Shown here: positions 22,216 to 32,575 of the stretch, piece after piece
Position numbering within the stretch: position 1 is the first letter of the stretch
Layout of the letters: each line of letters starts with the position of its first letter
Assembly (NCBI GenBank): GCA_963758525.1
Contig: CAVWVQ010000003.1
Coordinates: 2,848,001 to 2,912,000 of the forward strand
From: an uncultured Phycisphaerales bacterium
Lineage (GTDB): Bacteria > Planctomycetota > Phycisphaerae > Tepidisphaerales > Tepidisphaeraceae
Length of the DNA stretch: 64,000 nt
Direction of reading: 5' to 3'
Made by a program: the position numbers and the translations under genes
Notes under the pieces: model-generated
What the model was told of the DNA's origin: nothing
The model's database searches: none
Seen by the model: only the letters and a program-made list of their open reading frames with translations

Positions 22216-22358
22216 AAGTGCTCGCAAACGCGAGCGATGTCATGTCCCGCCTCAATGGCTGGGAAATCAGTGGAATCATTGCGGCCGTGCTCGTTGCGGG
22301 CGTGGCCATCTGGATGCTGCCGGAGCTCATTCGCTACATGAAGATCCGCCATATGTGA
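22200..22358 (+). CDS. 52-aa single-TM small protein (DUF6893-like), not in the ORF track
   Basis: CAGGAG RBS; translates to MLTDMKVLANASDVMSRLNGWEISGIIAAVLVAGVAIWMLPELIRYMKIRHM; fills the gap between the protease and hypA. Confidence 0.75.
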   Translation: MLTDMKVLANASDVMSRLNGWEISGIIAAVLVAGVAIWMLPELIRYMKIRHM

Positions 22359-22370
22359 CCGCGGGGACGC

Positions 22371-22718
22371 ATGCATGAATTATCGATCGCGATGTCGATC
22401 GTCGAGACTGCGATCGAACAGGCCGAGAGTCTCGGCGGCGCCAAGGTGCTGGCAGTCCATCTCAAACTTGGGCCCCTTTGCGGCGTCGTCAAGGAAGCGT
22501 TGCTCGGGTCATACGAACTGGCTGCTGAAAACACCGAGCTGGCCGGTTCGAGATTGGTCATTGTGGAGACGGAGTTGCGGGCATATTGTCCAAATTGCGC
22601 GGTGGAACGCGCCGTCGTGTCCACGACGGACATATCCTGCGTTGAATGCGGCACGCCCACCCCTGAAATTACCAGCGGCAGAGAACTCGAAGTCACTGCA
22701 ATGGAGATTCGCGAATGA
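22371..22718 (+). CDS. hypA: Nickel metallochaperone HypA
   Basis: MHELSI, CPNC, CVECG, GREL. Confidence 0.95.
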   Translation: MHELSIAMSIVETAIEQAESLGGAKVLAVHLKLGPLCGVVKEALLGSYELAAENTELAGSRLVIVETELRAYCPNCAVERAVVSTTDISCVECGTPTPEITSGRELEVTAMEIRE

Positions 22719-23407
22719 GTCAGCAAACCCGCCTCGTTGAGGTGCGCCAGCAGGTCCTCAAGCAGAACGATGTCGTCGCCCGCGCACTCCGCGATCGCTT
22801 TCGCAGCGCCGGCGTGTTCGTCGTCAGTCTTGTCTCGAGTCCCGGCTCGGGAAAAACGGCGTTTCTCGAAAAAACACTGACCATGCTTCGCGAGGAATTT
22901 CGCGTCGCGGCCCTTGTGGGTGATCTTGCCACCGACAACGACGCGCGCCGATTGGCCCGCAGCGAAACGCCGGTAAAGCAGATCACCACCGGCACACTGT
23001 GTCATCTCGAAGCCGAGATGGTGCGCGCCGCCCTGAATGGCTGGAACGAAAGCGAGCTGGATTTTCTGTTTATCGAAAACGTCGGCAATCTCGTCTGTCC
23101 CGCGACCTTCGATCTGGGGGAGGACATGCGGCTGGTGCTCTTCTCGACCACCGAGGGCGAGGATAAGCCGCTGAAATACCCGACGATCTTCAACAGCGCC
23201 GACGTGGCGATCATCACCAAGATCGACCTTGCCGACGCTGTCGAATTCGATCGCGGCGCGGCCCATCGAAACATCCAGTCGGTCCGGCCAGGGATGGAGA
23301 TCATGGAAGTGTCGTCCAAGTCCGGCCAGGGCATGGAGGAATTCCTCCGCTTCCTGCGCACGCGCCGCCGCGAGGCACGCGGTGAGGCGGTTGCCGCCGC
23401 GCGATGA
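22715..23407 (+). CDS. hypB: Nickel-incorporation GTPase HypB
   Basis: SSPGSGKT, CHLEA, ENVGNLVCPA, EGEDKPLKYP. Confidence 0.95.
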   Translation: MSQQTRLVEVRQQVLKQNDVVARALRDRFRSAGVFVVSLVSSPGSGKTAFLEKTLTMLREEFRVAALVGDLATDNDARRLARSETPVKQITTGTLCHLEAEMVRAALNGWNESELDFLFIENVGNLVCPATFDLGEDMRLVLFSTTEGEDKPLKYPTIFNSADVAIITKIDLADAVEFDRGAAHRNIQSVRPGMEIMEVSSKSGQGMEEFLRFLRTRRREARGEAVAAAR

Positions 23408-23520
23408 TTTCAGGGAGATCAACCGATGGATCTCGGCTGATTGTCGCGCGCGGCCTTGGTATATTCCCGCCATGTGATCCGCCATTGTGCCGGGAACTGC
23501 GGATCGCGTGAGGTAACGCT

Positions 23521-24273
23521 ATGCCGATCCACGACTGGACAAAAGTAAACTCCGGGACGTTTCACCATTTTCATCAAAGCTGGATTCAGGAGATCGCACG
23601 GCTATTGAACTCGGGTCAGCTTCCTCAAGGTTTCTACGCGATGGCCGAGCAGGTTGCCGGCGGTTGGGGACCGGATGTGGTGACCTTGGAGACACCTGAT
23701 CATGAGGAAGAACGCGATGCCATGGACGACGGCCCTTCGTCGAGCATCGGGGCAACAGCAGTTGCAGAACGACCGCCGGTGGTCGCGTTCCATGCCAGCG
23801 CCGAGGTTGACATCTACGCCCGAAGGGCAAGCAAGCTTGCGATTCGCCATTCATCGAACGACCGTGTGGTCGCGGTGATTGAAATTGTTTTACCGGGAAA
23901 CAAGTCCTCGGGCCATGCGCTAAGTAAATTCACGGAGAAGGCAGCAGATCTGCTCGATGCCGGCGTCCATCTGCTGATTGTCGACCTGTTTCCGCCGGGG
24001 AGATTTGATCCGGGCGGATTGCATGCGGCGATCTGGCAGGATTCATCGGTGGAACGTCTCCAGTTTGATCCAGACAAACCCCTGACGCTGGCCAGCTATG
24101 TTGGGGGTGAAATGCTGGAGGCATACGTCGAGCCGACCGCGATTGGGCGGACGCTGATCGACATGCCGTTATTTCTGGATCCCAGGAGGTATGTTCCGGT
24201 CCCGCTGGAAATGACGTACCAGTCGGCCTGGGAACTGGTGCCCGCCGTTTGGAGAAAGCGGATCGAGGCGTGA
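23521..24273 (+). CDS. DUF4058-family protein (Planctomycete PD-(D/E)xK-like fold)
   Basis: MPIHDWT..FHHFH..W, PDV, VAVIEIVLPGNK, GVHLLIVDL. Confidence 0.75.
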   Translation: MPIHDWTKVNSGTFHHFHQSWIQEIARLLNSGQLPQGFYAMAEQVAGGWGPDVVTLETPDHEEERDAMDDGPSSSIGATAVAERPPVVAFHASAEVDIYARRASKLAIRHSSNDRVVAVIEIVLPGNKSSGHALSKFTEKAADLLDAGVHLLIVDLFPPGRFDPGGLHAAIWQDSSVERLQFDPDKPLTLASYVGGEMLEAYVEPTAIGRTLIDMPLFLDPRRYVPVPLEMTYQSAWELVPAVWRKRIEA

Positions 24274-24393
24274 GCAGCAAAGTTGAATTGGTAGCTTCTG
24301 CAACGACGCGTGCAAATCAATGATTGACTGATCTACAAAAACAACCACAGAGAGGGAGGAGGCCACAGAGCCCACAGAGAATGCAAAAGCAAG

Positions 24394-24531
24394 AAAATGC
24401 GAAGGGGGTCGGGCCGGGTGACCCCCTTCGCGTTCCGCGTTCCCAGCCAGGAAGCTGGGGTGACGGCCTGACCCCCTTCGCATTTTCAACCGACGGGAAA
24501 GGCTGATGACTGATGACCCCCTTTCCTTTCC
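24394..24531. repeat. Cluster of GAAGGGGGTC/GACCCCCTT REP-like hairpins
   Basis: gcgaagggggtc...gacccccttcgc; related copies at 28001-28031, 28736-28785 and 31930-32030. Confidence 0.75.
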
Positions 24532-24539
24532 AGGAAATA

Positions 24540-24672
24540 GTAACTGTTTACCGTGGCAAAATGACCGAGAATCACAGCATGGAAACGGGCCGCGAGACGT
24601 AATGGCGCGCATTGGGCATCTCAAAATCCCAGCAAAGTTGCTATCTGTGCGCTGCTGACGGTAAACAGTTAC
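24540..24672. mobile_element. 133-bp MITE with 15-bp perfect TIRs and 8-bp target duplication
   Basis: GTAACTGTTTACCGT (24540-24554) and ACGGTAAACAGTTAC (24658-24672), flanked by AGGAAATA at 24532-24539 and 24673-24680. Confidence 0.88.
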
Positions 24673-24696
24673 AGGAAATACGGGCTCTCTTCACTC

Positions 24697-24760
24697 CTGA
24701 ACCCTGAACCCTGAACCCTGAACCCTGAACCCTGAACCCTGAACCCTGAACCCTGACACC
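24697..24760. repeat. Heptamer tandem repeat (CTGAACC)x8 plus a CTGACACC variant
   Basis: Read directly from the sequence. Confidence 0.95.
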
Positions 24761-24841
24761 CTCAACCCTCGCTTTGCCGAACTTAAGTCAAATGATTCTG
24801 CCCTGCTTGCCGCCGACAGCGTCATCCGTGGTTCAATCTCT

Positions 24842-27716
24842 TTAAAACGATTGTCCGCCCGCAACTTGCTTTACCTGATCATCGGACAGCGCCGCGGACC
24901 AGAACCGCACTTCATCCAGCGACCCATGAAACCAGGGACGGCTGGAATCCGCCGGGCGGGCGAGATAGCAGTGCGACTTGGCGGCCGGCGGCCGGAAATC
25001 GGCCAGCGTCATGGGGAACGGACCATCAGCCTCAACAACTCCGTCGATCACCAGCCGGGCGTTCACTCCGTCGAGAATCACCGCTACATACGTCCACGCC
25101 CCGATCGTCGTGAAATGTCGGCTGGCCAACGTGTGAATGCTGCCTCCCTTGCGGGCGATCAGCGCGAAACGGCCGTGTCCGTCATCGGGCGTCAAATGAA
25201 TTGCGTCCGAAGTCTCGGAGCCGATGAACCAAACCGGCTGATCCGGCGGGCCGCTCTCCCGGCGAACCCACGCCGTGATGCTTGCGATGCGCATATCCGC
25301 CACGCTTCGTTCCAGAAGTACCGCCTGCGTCTTTCCATCGAACGTGAGAAAGCCCCTATGCCGTCCCCCGCCGGCTTCCCAATGGGGATGGCCGATCAGG
25401 ATGCCATCGTTGAGGCCCGGGCCATCGAGCGCCAGGCTTTCGTTGGGCGCATCAAAGTCATAACTCACCCATCGATGCGGCGGGGCGTGACGCTGGTCAA
25501 TCCATTCCTGCGGGCAAGCCTGATACGGGACAAAGCCGGTCTGGAAGCCGTTGCCGGCGTGATGCGGCCCGCCGTAGTCGGCAGTGAGCACGGCGTCGCC
25601 GTCGATGCCCGGCGATGCCGCGCCATCCTGCCCGTTTCCCCACACCTGAACGCACCCTTCGACCGTGGCATTTTCCCTGATGAGCGCGTGGTCCTTGACC
25701 TCCGCGGTTTGCAGCGCGCGGGCATCGTCGGCGAGATGCGCATTCTCGGTGATAAACGCGTAGTCCCGGACGCGGGCATGGCCGTCGATCACCGCGTCGT
25801 CCTTGACGAGGGCGTGATCGCTGAGAATCGCGTTGTCCTTCACCTGCGCATTGCCGCGCACTTCGGCGAAGTCCTCGATGTGCGCCGAACCTTCGACGCG
25901 CGCGTTGTCCAGCACCATCGCGTTGGGCCCGACGAAGGCGCTGTCGGCCACATGAGCGGTGTTCGCGACGAAACCGCCGCCGTTGGAGTGCGGCCGGCCG
26001 GGAACATCTGGCGCCGAGGGATTTGCTCCAGCGCCGGAACGGCTCCGCTGATTTTCACGTCATAAGCAAGCCGGCGCCGGGAAGGGTGGGTGCGCCAGGG
26101 GAATTGCATGTCGTCCTGCTCCCACCAGACAAACTGGTCGGGCGTGGCGATCACGACCAGAAAAACGCGATCGGTATCGGCCGGCAGCGAGAGCGCCTGC
26201 GTTCCCTTGTCAAAGAGAGGCGAGGCGGCGGCTTCAGTGCCGTCGCGCCGCCGGGCGACAATGCACGCCCGCCAGTCGGCGGCAACTGACTTGTCCGGCA
26301 AGCCGTGAAATTCCACCGCCACCCGGCTGCCCCAATGACCCTCGGCGGGAACCAGTTCGTGAACCGTGTACCCGCCCGGATTGGGCGCTTTCTCGGGGGA
26401 AACCCGAAAGCGCCCGGAAGCATAGGGCACGGGGAGCAGATCGGGCCAGATCAACCTGCGGTTCTCGGGATTTGCGCGGAAGTCTTCGCACGCCCGCCGC
26501 ATCGCCGACCCGTTGCTGAATGCCCACGTCACCGACCGGCGGGCATAGTTTCCCAAAGCGGCTTTGATGTCCAGCCGCGGGTCGAGCCGGCGGATGCAGT
26601 CAAAGATATTTTCCTTCTCGTGAATGCTCTGCCATAGCCGGCCCGAAAAGCCATCGGAAAGTCCCGGCAGCAAATCGGGATTTTCATCCAGATACGTCCA
26701 GATGGGCCAGCAGAGGTAATAGTCGCGCCCGTGCGCGGGATACCATTGGCTCATGGTGGAGAAATACGGATCGATGCCGCTGACGGGTACGGTGTTGGCG
26801 ACATTGGGGTTGTCCGACTGCTGGGCGTAGAAGTACATGAGGTAGCGCTCCCGGCCGTAGTTTGCGTGGCTCTCCCACCACATTCCCCTCATGCCGCCGT
26901 GTTGCGCCTCCTGGAAGGCGTGCATCAATTCATGCGGGATGACCCAGCTTGGCGGATCGACGCGCAGGCCTGTGGGATCGATGTTGACCACGCCGCCGCC
27001 GGTCATGTATCCGCCCTGGTGCGTCGTAATGTTCACTTTGTAGAGGCGGTTGGGAGATTGGCCGGGAAGAGAGTAGGGGGGCTTGAGCTTGAGGGCCTTG
27101 ATGTAATATTGCCAGCATTCCTCGAAGTTGCGCAGCGTGCCGTGGGCCTGCCCGGCGGTGAAGTTCTCGCTGAGCCCTTTGCCCCAGTAGATCCGAAAAT
27201 GCTTCGACTGCGCGGATTTCTGCCCCCGCCAGTCGGGCAACTCGAAGGTCAGCCCGAATTGCTGCGGCTCGTCATCCCCGACCTTGGCCGACACCAATTT
27301 TGCCGGCGGCTCGACGGCGATCGATTGCACGCGTCCCCGCCACCAGACCTGCAGGCTCATGTCGATCCGGTAGGTGTGGCGTCCGCCGTCTCCGATGACT
27401 TTGGCCGCCGGGATCGTAATGATCTGTGGCGCGGTCGTGCCCGGCGCGTGGGTGCAGACATACGCGACGTTGATGTCGCGATGCGCCGCCGAGCCCGCGG
27501 CGATCACCAAATCCAGATAATTGTTGTATCCCAAGTCCAGATCGGGACCGCCGTTGCCGCCGTCGGCGATCGGATCGCTCGCCCCCTGCAAGGGCGTGGT
27601 ATCGTCAACGGTAATCGGTAGTTGTGACTGCGCCGCGCGGCAGCGCCCGATTGCCGGGGCGACTTAATCAGGATCATCAGCGCACACAGCAGAAAGATTC
27701 GCGGTGTTATGGGCAT
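24842..27716 (-). CDS. Secreted protein: DUF6055-like HExxH metallopeptidase domain, hexapeptide beta-helix and LamG domain; frameshifted
   Basis: Signal-like MPITPRIFLLCALMIL; PHELMHAFQ, WESHANY, RDYYLCWP; AFVGPNAMVL repeats; FHGSLDEVRFW. Confidence 0.7.
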
Positions 27717-27735
27717 TGTTCCAGAAGATAAGGGA

Positions 27736-28000
27736 CTGTAACAAAATAACTTAAACAATTGGTCTGCAATTTGCATGGCTATGGACGGTACGTACACGGA
27801 GGTGCGTAACGTGAGCATCACGGTTCAATTCAAGTATGATACACTGGCCGGTGCGATGAACGAACAGTTTCGACGGCGTTGGGCTGGCTGCGAGGCACTT
27901 GCAATGGGCCGGGGCGGCGTCAGTATCGTCGCGGCGGAGACAGGGATGTCGCGTAATACCGTTCTGCGGGGGATCGCGGAGATTCAGGAACAGGTGATGA
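27736..28000 (+). pseudogene. 5' fragment of an ISAzo13-family transposase, truncated at a REP-like repeat
   Basis: EQFRRRWAGCEALAMGRGGVSIVAAETGMSRNTVLRGIAEI resembles the N-terminal HTH of ISAzo13 transposases; no DDE domain follows. Confidence 0.7.
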
Positions 28001-28051
28001 AAAGGGGTCATCAGCCTTTCCCGTCGGTTGAGTGGATGGTACATTCCCTGA

Positions 28052-28744
28052 ATGGCCCGTAAACCCCGATTCTCCCCCGGCGGCTTGGCGTATCACGTGA
28101 TGAACCGCACTCCGGGGAAGGTCAAGCTGTTCGAGGATGATGGAGACTATCAGGCGTTTGAGAAGGTGCTGATCGAGGCGATCGATCTGCATCGGGGAAT
28201 ACGGCTCTGCGCCTATTGCCTGATGCCCAACCACTTTCATCTGGTGCTCTATCCCAAGACCGACGGCCAATTGTCCCGCTTCATGCAGTGGCTCACCATG
28301 ACCCACGCGGCCCGCTGGCATGCCCATCGCCACAGTGTCGGGCGCGGGCATCTGTATCAGGGCCGCTTCCGGAGCTTCCCGATTCAGCGGGACGGGCATT
28401 TCCTGAGTGTCTGCCGGTATGTGGAGCGGAATGCGCTGCGGGCCAGTCTCGTGGCCAAGGCGCAGGACTGGCGATGGGGTTCGCTCTGGGCGAGGGATGA
28501 CCGCAGCAGCGCGATCGCCCGGTTTCTGGCGCCCTGGCCGGTGGAGATGCCAGGGAGATGGGTGACTCTGGTCAATCGGGCGGAAAGCGAGGTAGAGCTG
28601 GCCGCGTTGCGCCGCGCGGTTGCTCGCGGCCGTCCCTACGGCGATGATCGCTGGTCGCAGCGGACGGCCAAGGCGCTGGGCAGTGACAGCTCGTTGCGCC
28701 CGATCGGCCGGCCGAAGAAATCGAAGCCGCCGAGGAAGGGCTGA
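28052..28744 (+). CDS. REP-associated tyrosine transposase (RAYT/Y1 HUH family)
   Basis: YHVMNR, AYCLMPNHFHL (HUH), GHLYQGRFRS, RYVERN, WRWGS. Confidence 0.88.
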   Translation: MARKPRFSPGGLAYHVMNRTPGKVKLFEDDGDYQAFEKVLIEAIDLHRGIRLCAYCLMPNHFHLVLYPKTDGQLSRFMQWLTMTHAARWHAHRHSVGRGHLYQGRFRSFPIQRDGHFLSVCRYVERNALRASLVAKAQDWRWGSLWARDDRSSAIARFLAPWPVEMPGRWVTLVNRAESEVELAALRRAVARGRPYGDDRWSQRTAKALGSDSSLRPIGRPKKSKPPRKG

Positions 28745-30402
28745 TGGCTGATGCGGAAAGATTGGCTTATGGCCCCCTTTTATCACCTGAATTGGAACAG
28801 CTGCTTCCTCCGCTAACCGTGTCCGACGCGAGCCACTCGTCGAATACCGTAACTGCCGTGAGCGGCACGCCGGTGGACCTCTACGTGCCTGAGGTGCTGA
28901 ACTCCGATGGCAGTTCAGCAGGCTATGCGACGATCAATCTGCACGAAGATGCCAGCGCTGCAAGCGGAGCGTCGTTGCCGTGGACGATCGGCGGGGCAAG
29001 CGCAAGTAAGAACGGCGGGACCGTTACGCAAGCCGCCGATGACTCGGTAACGCTGACGCCGACGGGCGGGAATTACGACTTCGATTTGCAGGTGGTGGCC
29101 GGAGAGTACTCAGAAAGCCAGGCGGTGTATGATGTCGTTGTGCATGTTTATACCGTGGCCGTCGAGTTCAACGACACGCCGGCAACGAATGACGATATTG
29201 TTATGCTCGGCACACCGGCGGAGGGTCCCGATATCCCGCCGAACCAGCCCGAGCTTGGCGCGGCGGTGCAGATGGTTGGCGACGGGCCATCGGGCCTTAC
29301 GGTGACGCTGGACAACCCAGACGGTCGTTTGGGTTTTGGCGAGGGAGCCCCTTCGTCGGAACCACTGTCACAGCCCTCATCGCCCGTCCCGACACAACCC
29401 AGTACCCCAAGCTTTACCCTCCCCACGGACGGCTCGTGGCAGTACGTTTCAGTTTTTGGCCTCGGCGTCAGCGCGGCTGTTGGCGACGCCTCGGTTCGGG
29501 TTTCGGGCAGCGTGCTCCGGCAAGTTGGCGGGTTCGTTCTCGGCAAAAAAGGGGCAACGGTATTTTGGTTCAGCGGGTCTAGCATTACCGTGCAGCCGGC
29601 TGGGAATTACGCGTCGGTTAATAACGGTCCAAAGGAGAGTTACACCGTAGACACCGCCGTGAATAACGCGGCGTCAGCGGTCACCATTCAAGGCAGCGCG
29701 ACACTCACCCCAGCCGGCATCGATCCTAATGCGCCCCAGCTCACTGCCTTACGAATCGGCTTTGTGCAAAACGCTGTCAACTCGATGAGCGTGGTGACAT
29801 ACGCAAACCCGGTTCAGGGCGCAGCCGTTAATGGGGGAGGAATTGCGAATGTCGCTCCCACGGAGGTCTACACGATTCAGGTCCCGACGCTTCTCAACGA
29901 CTCGGCTGTCGGCAGCACGCCGCTTTACGCTCAGCCCGGCAACGATTTCAACGACCCATTGACAAGCAATTCCGTGCAATACGCCAACGGGGTCGCACAA
30001 CCCAGCACAATTGACACGCCGTCACTAATTGGCTGGAAGCAATCGTTGACCCTCAATGCAGATGATGCAAATGGCAATGTCGTCGGCACGGTAACCTATT
30101 CCCTTGCAAGCTTAGCAATCGACGACGTTTTTCGAGATTTTCTGGTCGTGGGCGTGGCAGATTCCAATCAGCACGTTACCACGGTAATTGCCCCGTTGAA
30201 GGAGACGGGTTGGCATTTGAACGTGAATTCGGCGGCCGCCAATCCCAACACGCAAGTCGCAATAGTAAACGGCGATGCAAACGGCGGCTCGCCCCCTACG
30301 GATGCTCCGATATTGAGCGGCGCGCTGCTCAACGATGAAATTGCCAATCCGGCGAATTTGAACCTCGCGGGTGTCGGCAACCCCATACAGGACAATTTCT
30401 AG
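28744..30402 (+). CDS. Beta-rich extracellular-type protein, probably 5'-truncated
   Basis: 552-aa ORF rich in Ser/Thr/Asn/Val with lower GC; its first codons derive from a REP-like repeat; no signal peptide. Confidence 0.55.
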   Translation: MADAERLAYGPLLSPELEQLLPPLTVSDASHSSNTVTAVSGTPVDLYVPEVLNSDGSSAGYATINLHEDASAASGASLPWTIGGASASKNGGTVTQAADDSVTLTPTGGNYDFDLQVVAGEYSESQAVYDVVVHVYTVAVEFNDTPATNDDIVMLGTPAEGPDIPPNQPELGAAVQMVGDGPSGLTVTLDNPDGRLGFGEGAPSSEPLSQPSSPVPTQPSTPSFTLPTDGSWQYVSVFGLGVSAAVGDASVRVSGSVLRQVGGFVLGKKGATVFWFSGSSITVQPAGNYASVNNGPKESYTVDTAVNNAASAVTIQGSATLTPAGIDPNAPQLTALRIGFVQNAVNSMSVVTYANPVQGAAVNGGGIANVAPTEVYTIQVPTLLNDSAVGSTPLYAQPGNDFNDPLTSNSVQYANGVAQPSTIDTPSLIGWKQSLTLNADDANGNVVGTVTYSLASLAIDDVFRDFLVVGVADSNQHVTTVIAPLKETGWHLNVNSAAANPNTQVAIVNGDANGGSPPTDAPILSGALLNDEIANPANLNLAGVGNPIQDNF

Positions 30403-30410
30403 GAGAGAGT

Positions 30411-31471
30411 ATGTGCGGATTCTCTGTGCGTGCATTTCTCATCTTCACCACGCTTGTTTCGGGAGAGTCGCATTTAGCGGCGTCTGCTCAGTCTGAAACA
30501 GCGTCTTTAGGACAGGATTCACCTGGGTGCGCAGTGCGCATGGCGTGTGACATCGCACGTTTCAACCCTTTGGAAATCGACGGCCGCAATGGTGACGGAT
30601 GGGCGGTTTTACAGATCACGCCGGACCGTTGCGGGTACACAGAGCGCGTTGATCTCGCGATGTCCGAGGACGGGCAGGCATTTCCCGTTCCGCCGCCTGC
30701 CTCGCTCGAACGATCAATTGTCGGCGGAACGGTGCATCTGATCTCGGTTCTCTCGGGAAACCCAGGTTGCGTGGAGAGGTTCGAGGAGGTGACTATCGGC
30801 GGTGCTAACGCGCCCGACCCCGGCGTGTCCGAAAAATTTTACTCGCCATTCGAGCACGGAGGTACATTGGTTTGCCGTGTCAATAACGGCTTCCCGGGTC
30901 GATACCGGTTCTGTCCGGCTATTCTGATTCCATCGGAGTGGGCAAGCCAAGTTGAGCCCGCCATTCACTTTGTGCGGCAAAACTCGCAGTTATTCGACCC
31001 GGCCAACCTGCAGCGAGCGCGCCCTCGGCTCGAATCGCTTCTAAAAGATCCCAACCCTCTCCTCTCGGCTGCAGCAGCACGCCTGTTGGCGGCCGTGGGC
31101 GGATCGGACGACGCTATCGAGCGCCAATTGGCGATGACGAGAGACCCGGTGCTTCAAAGTGTCTTCGTCCGGGTTTTGGTTTTCGGCGGTCCAACTACCG
31201 CCTCTACCGATCGGGTAAGGGCGATCTGCAAGTTGGTCGGCTTGCGCACGAGCCAAAGGTCGTTCGGCCGCTTGCTGTCGGGACATTGGCGGCCGCAGCG
31301 CGACGTTTCCCTTGGGACGGACCATGGGATTCGGTAGATCCACTGATACATAGTCTGGCAGAGAAACTCTCTGACGCTTCGAACTCCTCAATCTACGACC
31401 GGCAGCTAATGAAGATGATCCAGGCGACGGCGCACTTTACCGATGCCCGGACCCCCACAACGCGCCAGTGA
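30411..31471 (+). CDS. Hypothetical exported protein with a HEAT-like C-terminal part, probably frameshifted near 31240
   Basis: AGGAG RBS; hydrophobic N-terminus; LESLLKDPNPLLSAAAARLL. Confidence 0.5.
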
Positions 31472-31545
31472 AAGTTGTCGCGACGCAGTGAAAATGGCAC
31501 CTGTTTTAAACGGAAAACGGGACGTCGCGACGTCACTGATTTCCG

Positions 31546-31920
31546 GTGATCGGGCTCACGCCCTTTGGCGTAACCCTTGGCGGCGGCACGTTCGACATGG
31601 CGGACAAAAGCGAAAGCTTCAACCTCCTAGCCGGCAGCGGAACGGTCACCGATTCATCGGCGACTGCTTCGTCCCTGACGATCGGAACCGCCAACGGCTC
31701 GGGCACGTTCTCCGGCGCGATCCGCAACGGCAACGCAACCGTCAGTCTGACGCAAATCGGAACCGGAACGCTCACATTGAGCGGCACATCCGACAACGCT
31801 TCGCTCGCGCTGGACGCCGAGGCGGGGACGACCATTCTGAACAAGACCAGTTCCGCCAGCGTCCACGCCGTCTCGGGGATCACCAACATCGCCACCGGAG
31901 CCCTCGTCCAGCTCTCCCGC
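31546..31920 (+). pseudogene. Internal fragment of an autotransporter-associated beta-strand-repeat protein
   Basis: GTFSGAIRNG..SLTQIGTGTLTLSGTSDN; lacks both termini; ends at a REP-like repeat. Confidence 0.7.
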
Positions 31921-31929
31921 CGCTTGTCG

Positions 31930-32030
31930 GGGAAATGCGAAGGGGGTCACCCGGTCATCAGGGCTCTGTAGAAAACCCCCAGTAACGCGAGAGCGGGGAA
32001 AGGAAAGGGGCCAGCCATCAGTCAGGCCAG
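31930..32030. repeat. REP-like repeats matching the 24394-24531 cluster in inverted orientation
   Basis: ggaaatgcgaagggggtcacccgg; ggaaaggaaaggggccagccatcagtcagg. Confidence 0.7.
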
Positions 32031-32575
32031 CTGCCAGCTTCTTCACCATCCAAGTTCTCTGGTTTACGCTGCGTTCCCATGGCTCGAAGGCTGCGATCCT
32101 CGGTCGACGGTCAGGTCTTTCATGTGCCGAAGCACGTGCCGAAATATTACATCTTCCGTTCCGCCCCCCACCTCGATCTTCCCCCTGAGTACGAGGGGAG
32201 GAGGTAGGAGGATGAATTCGAGCACCGAATAAGCGGCAATGCATATCTGTTGCTTGTCGTAAGGCAAGCGATTTTTTGTTATTTACGCATCGCTCGAATA
32301 CGTAAAATTCTGTAAAGTTGTGTAAAGCCAATCGCTGATTCCGAGCGGCAAACGAGGGTTGACCGCCCGGCGGTCACTCCCGTTGTCCCGGATTGTAAAG
32401 CGGCTGTTTGCCCCCTTGCAGCCCGTGGTAAAAGTTCCCGCGCGCGCGGGACTTGCTTGCGGCTTCGGGCCGGGCTCTTCGTTGTCGAGATTCGCCCGCA
32501 TCGTCGCCGGGTATCCGACGACTTCGGCAAATCTGTCCTTGCAAGTCTCAGTAACAGGTTGTGAAATCGGACGGA

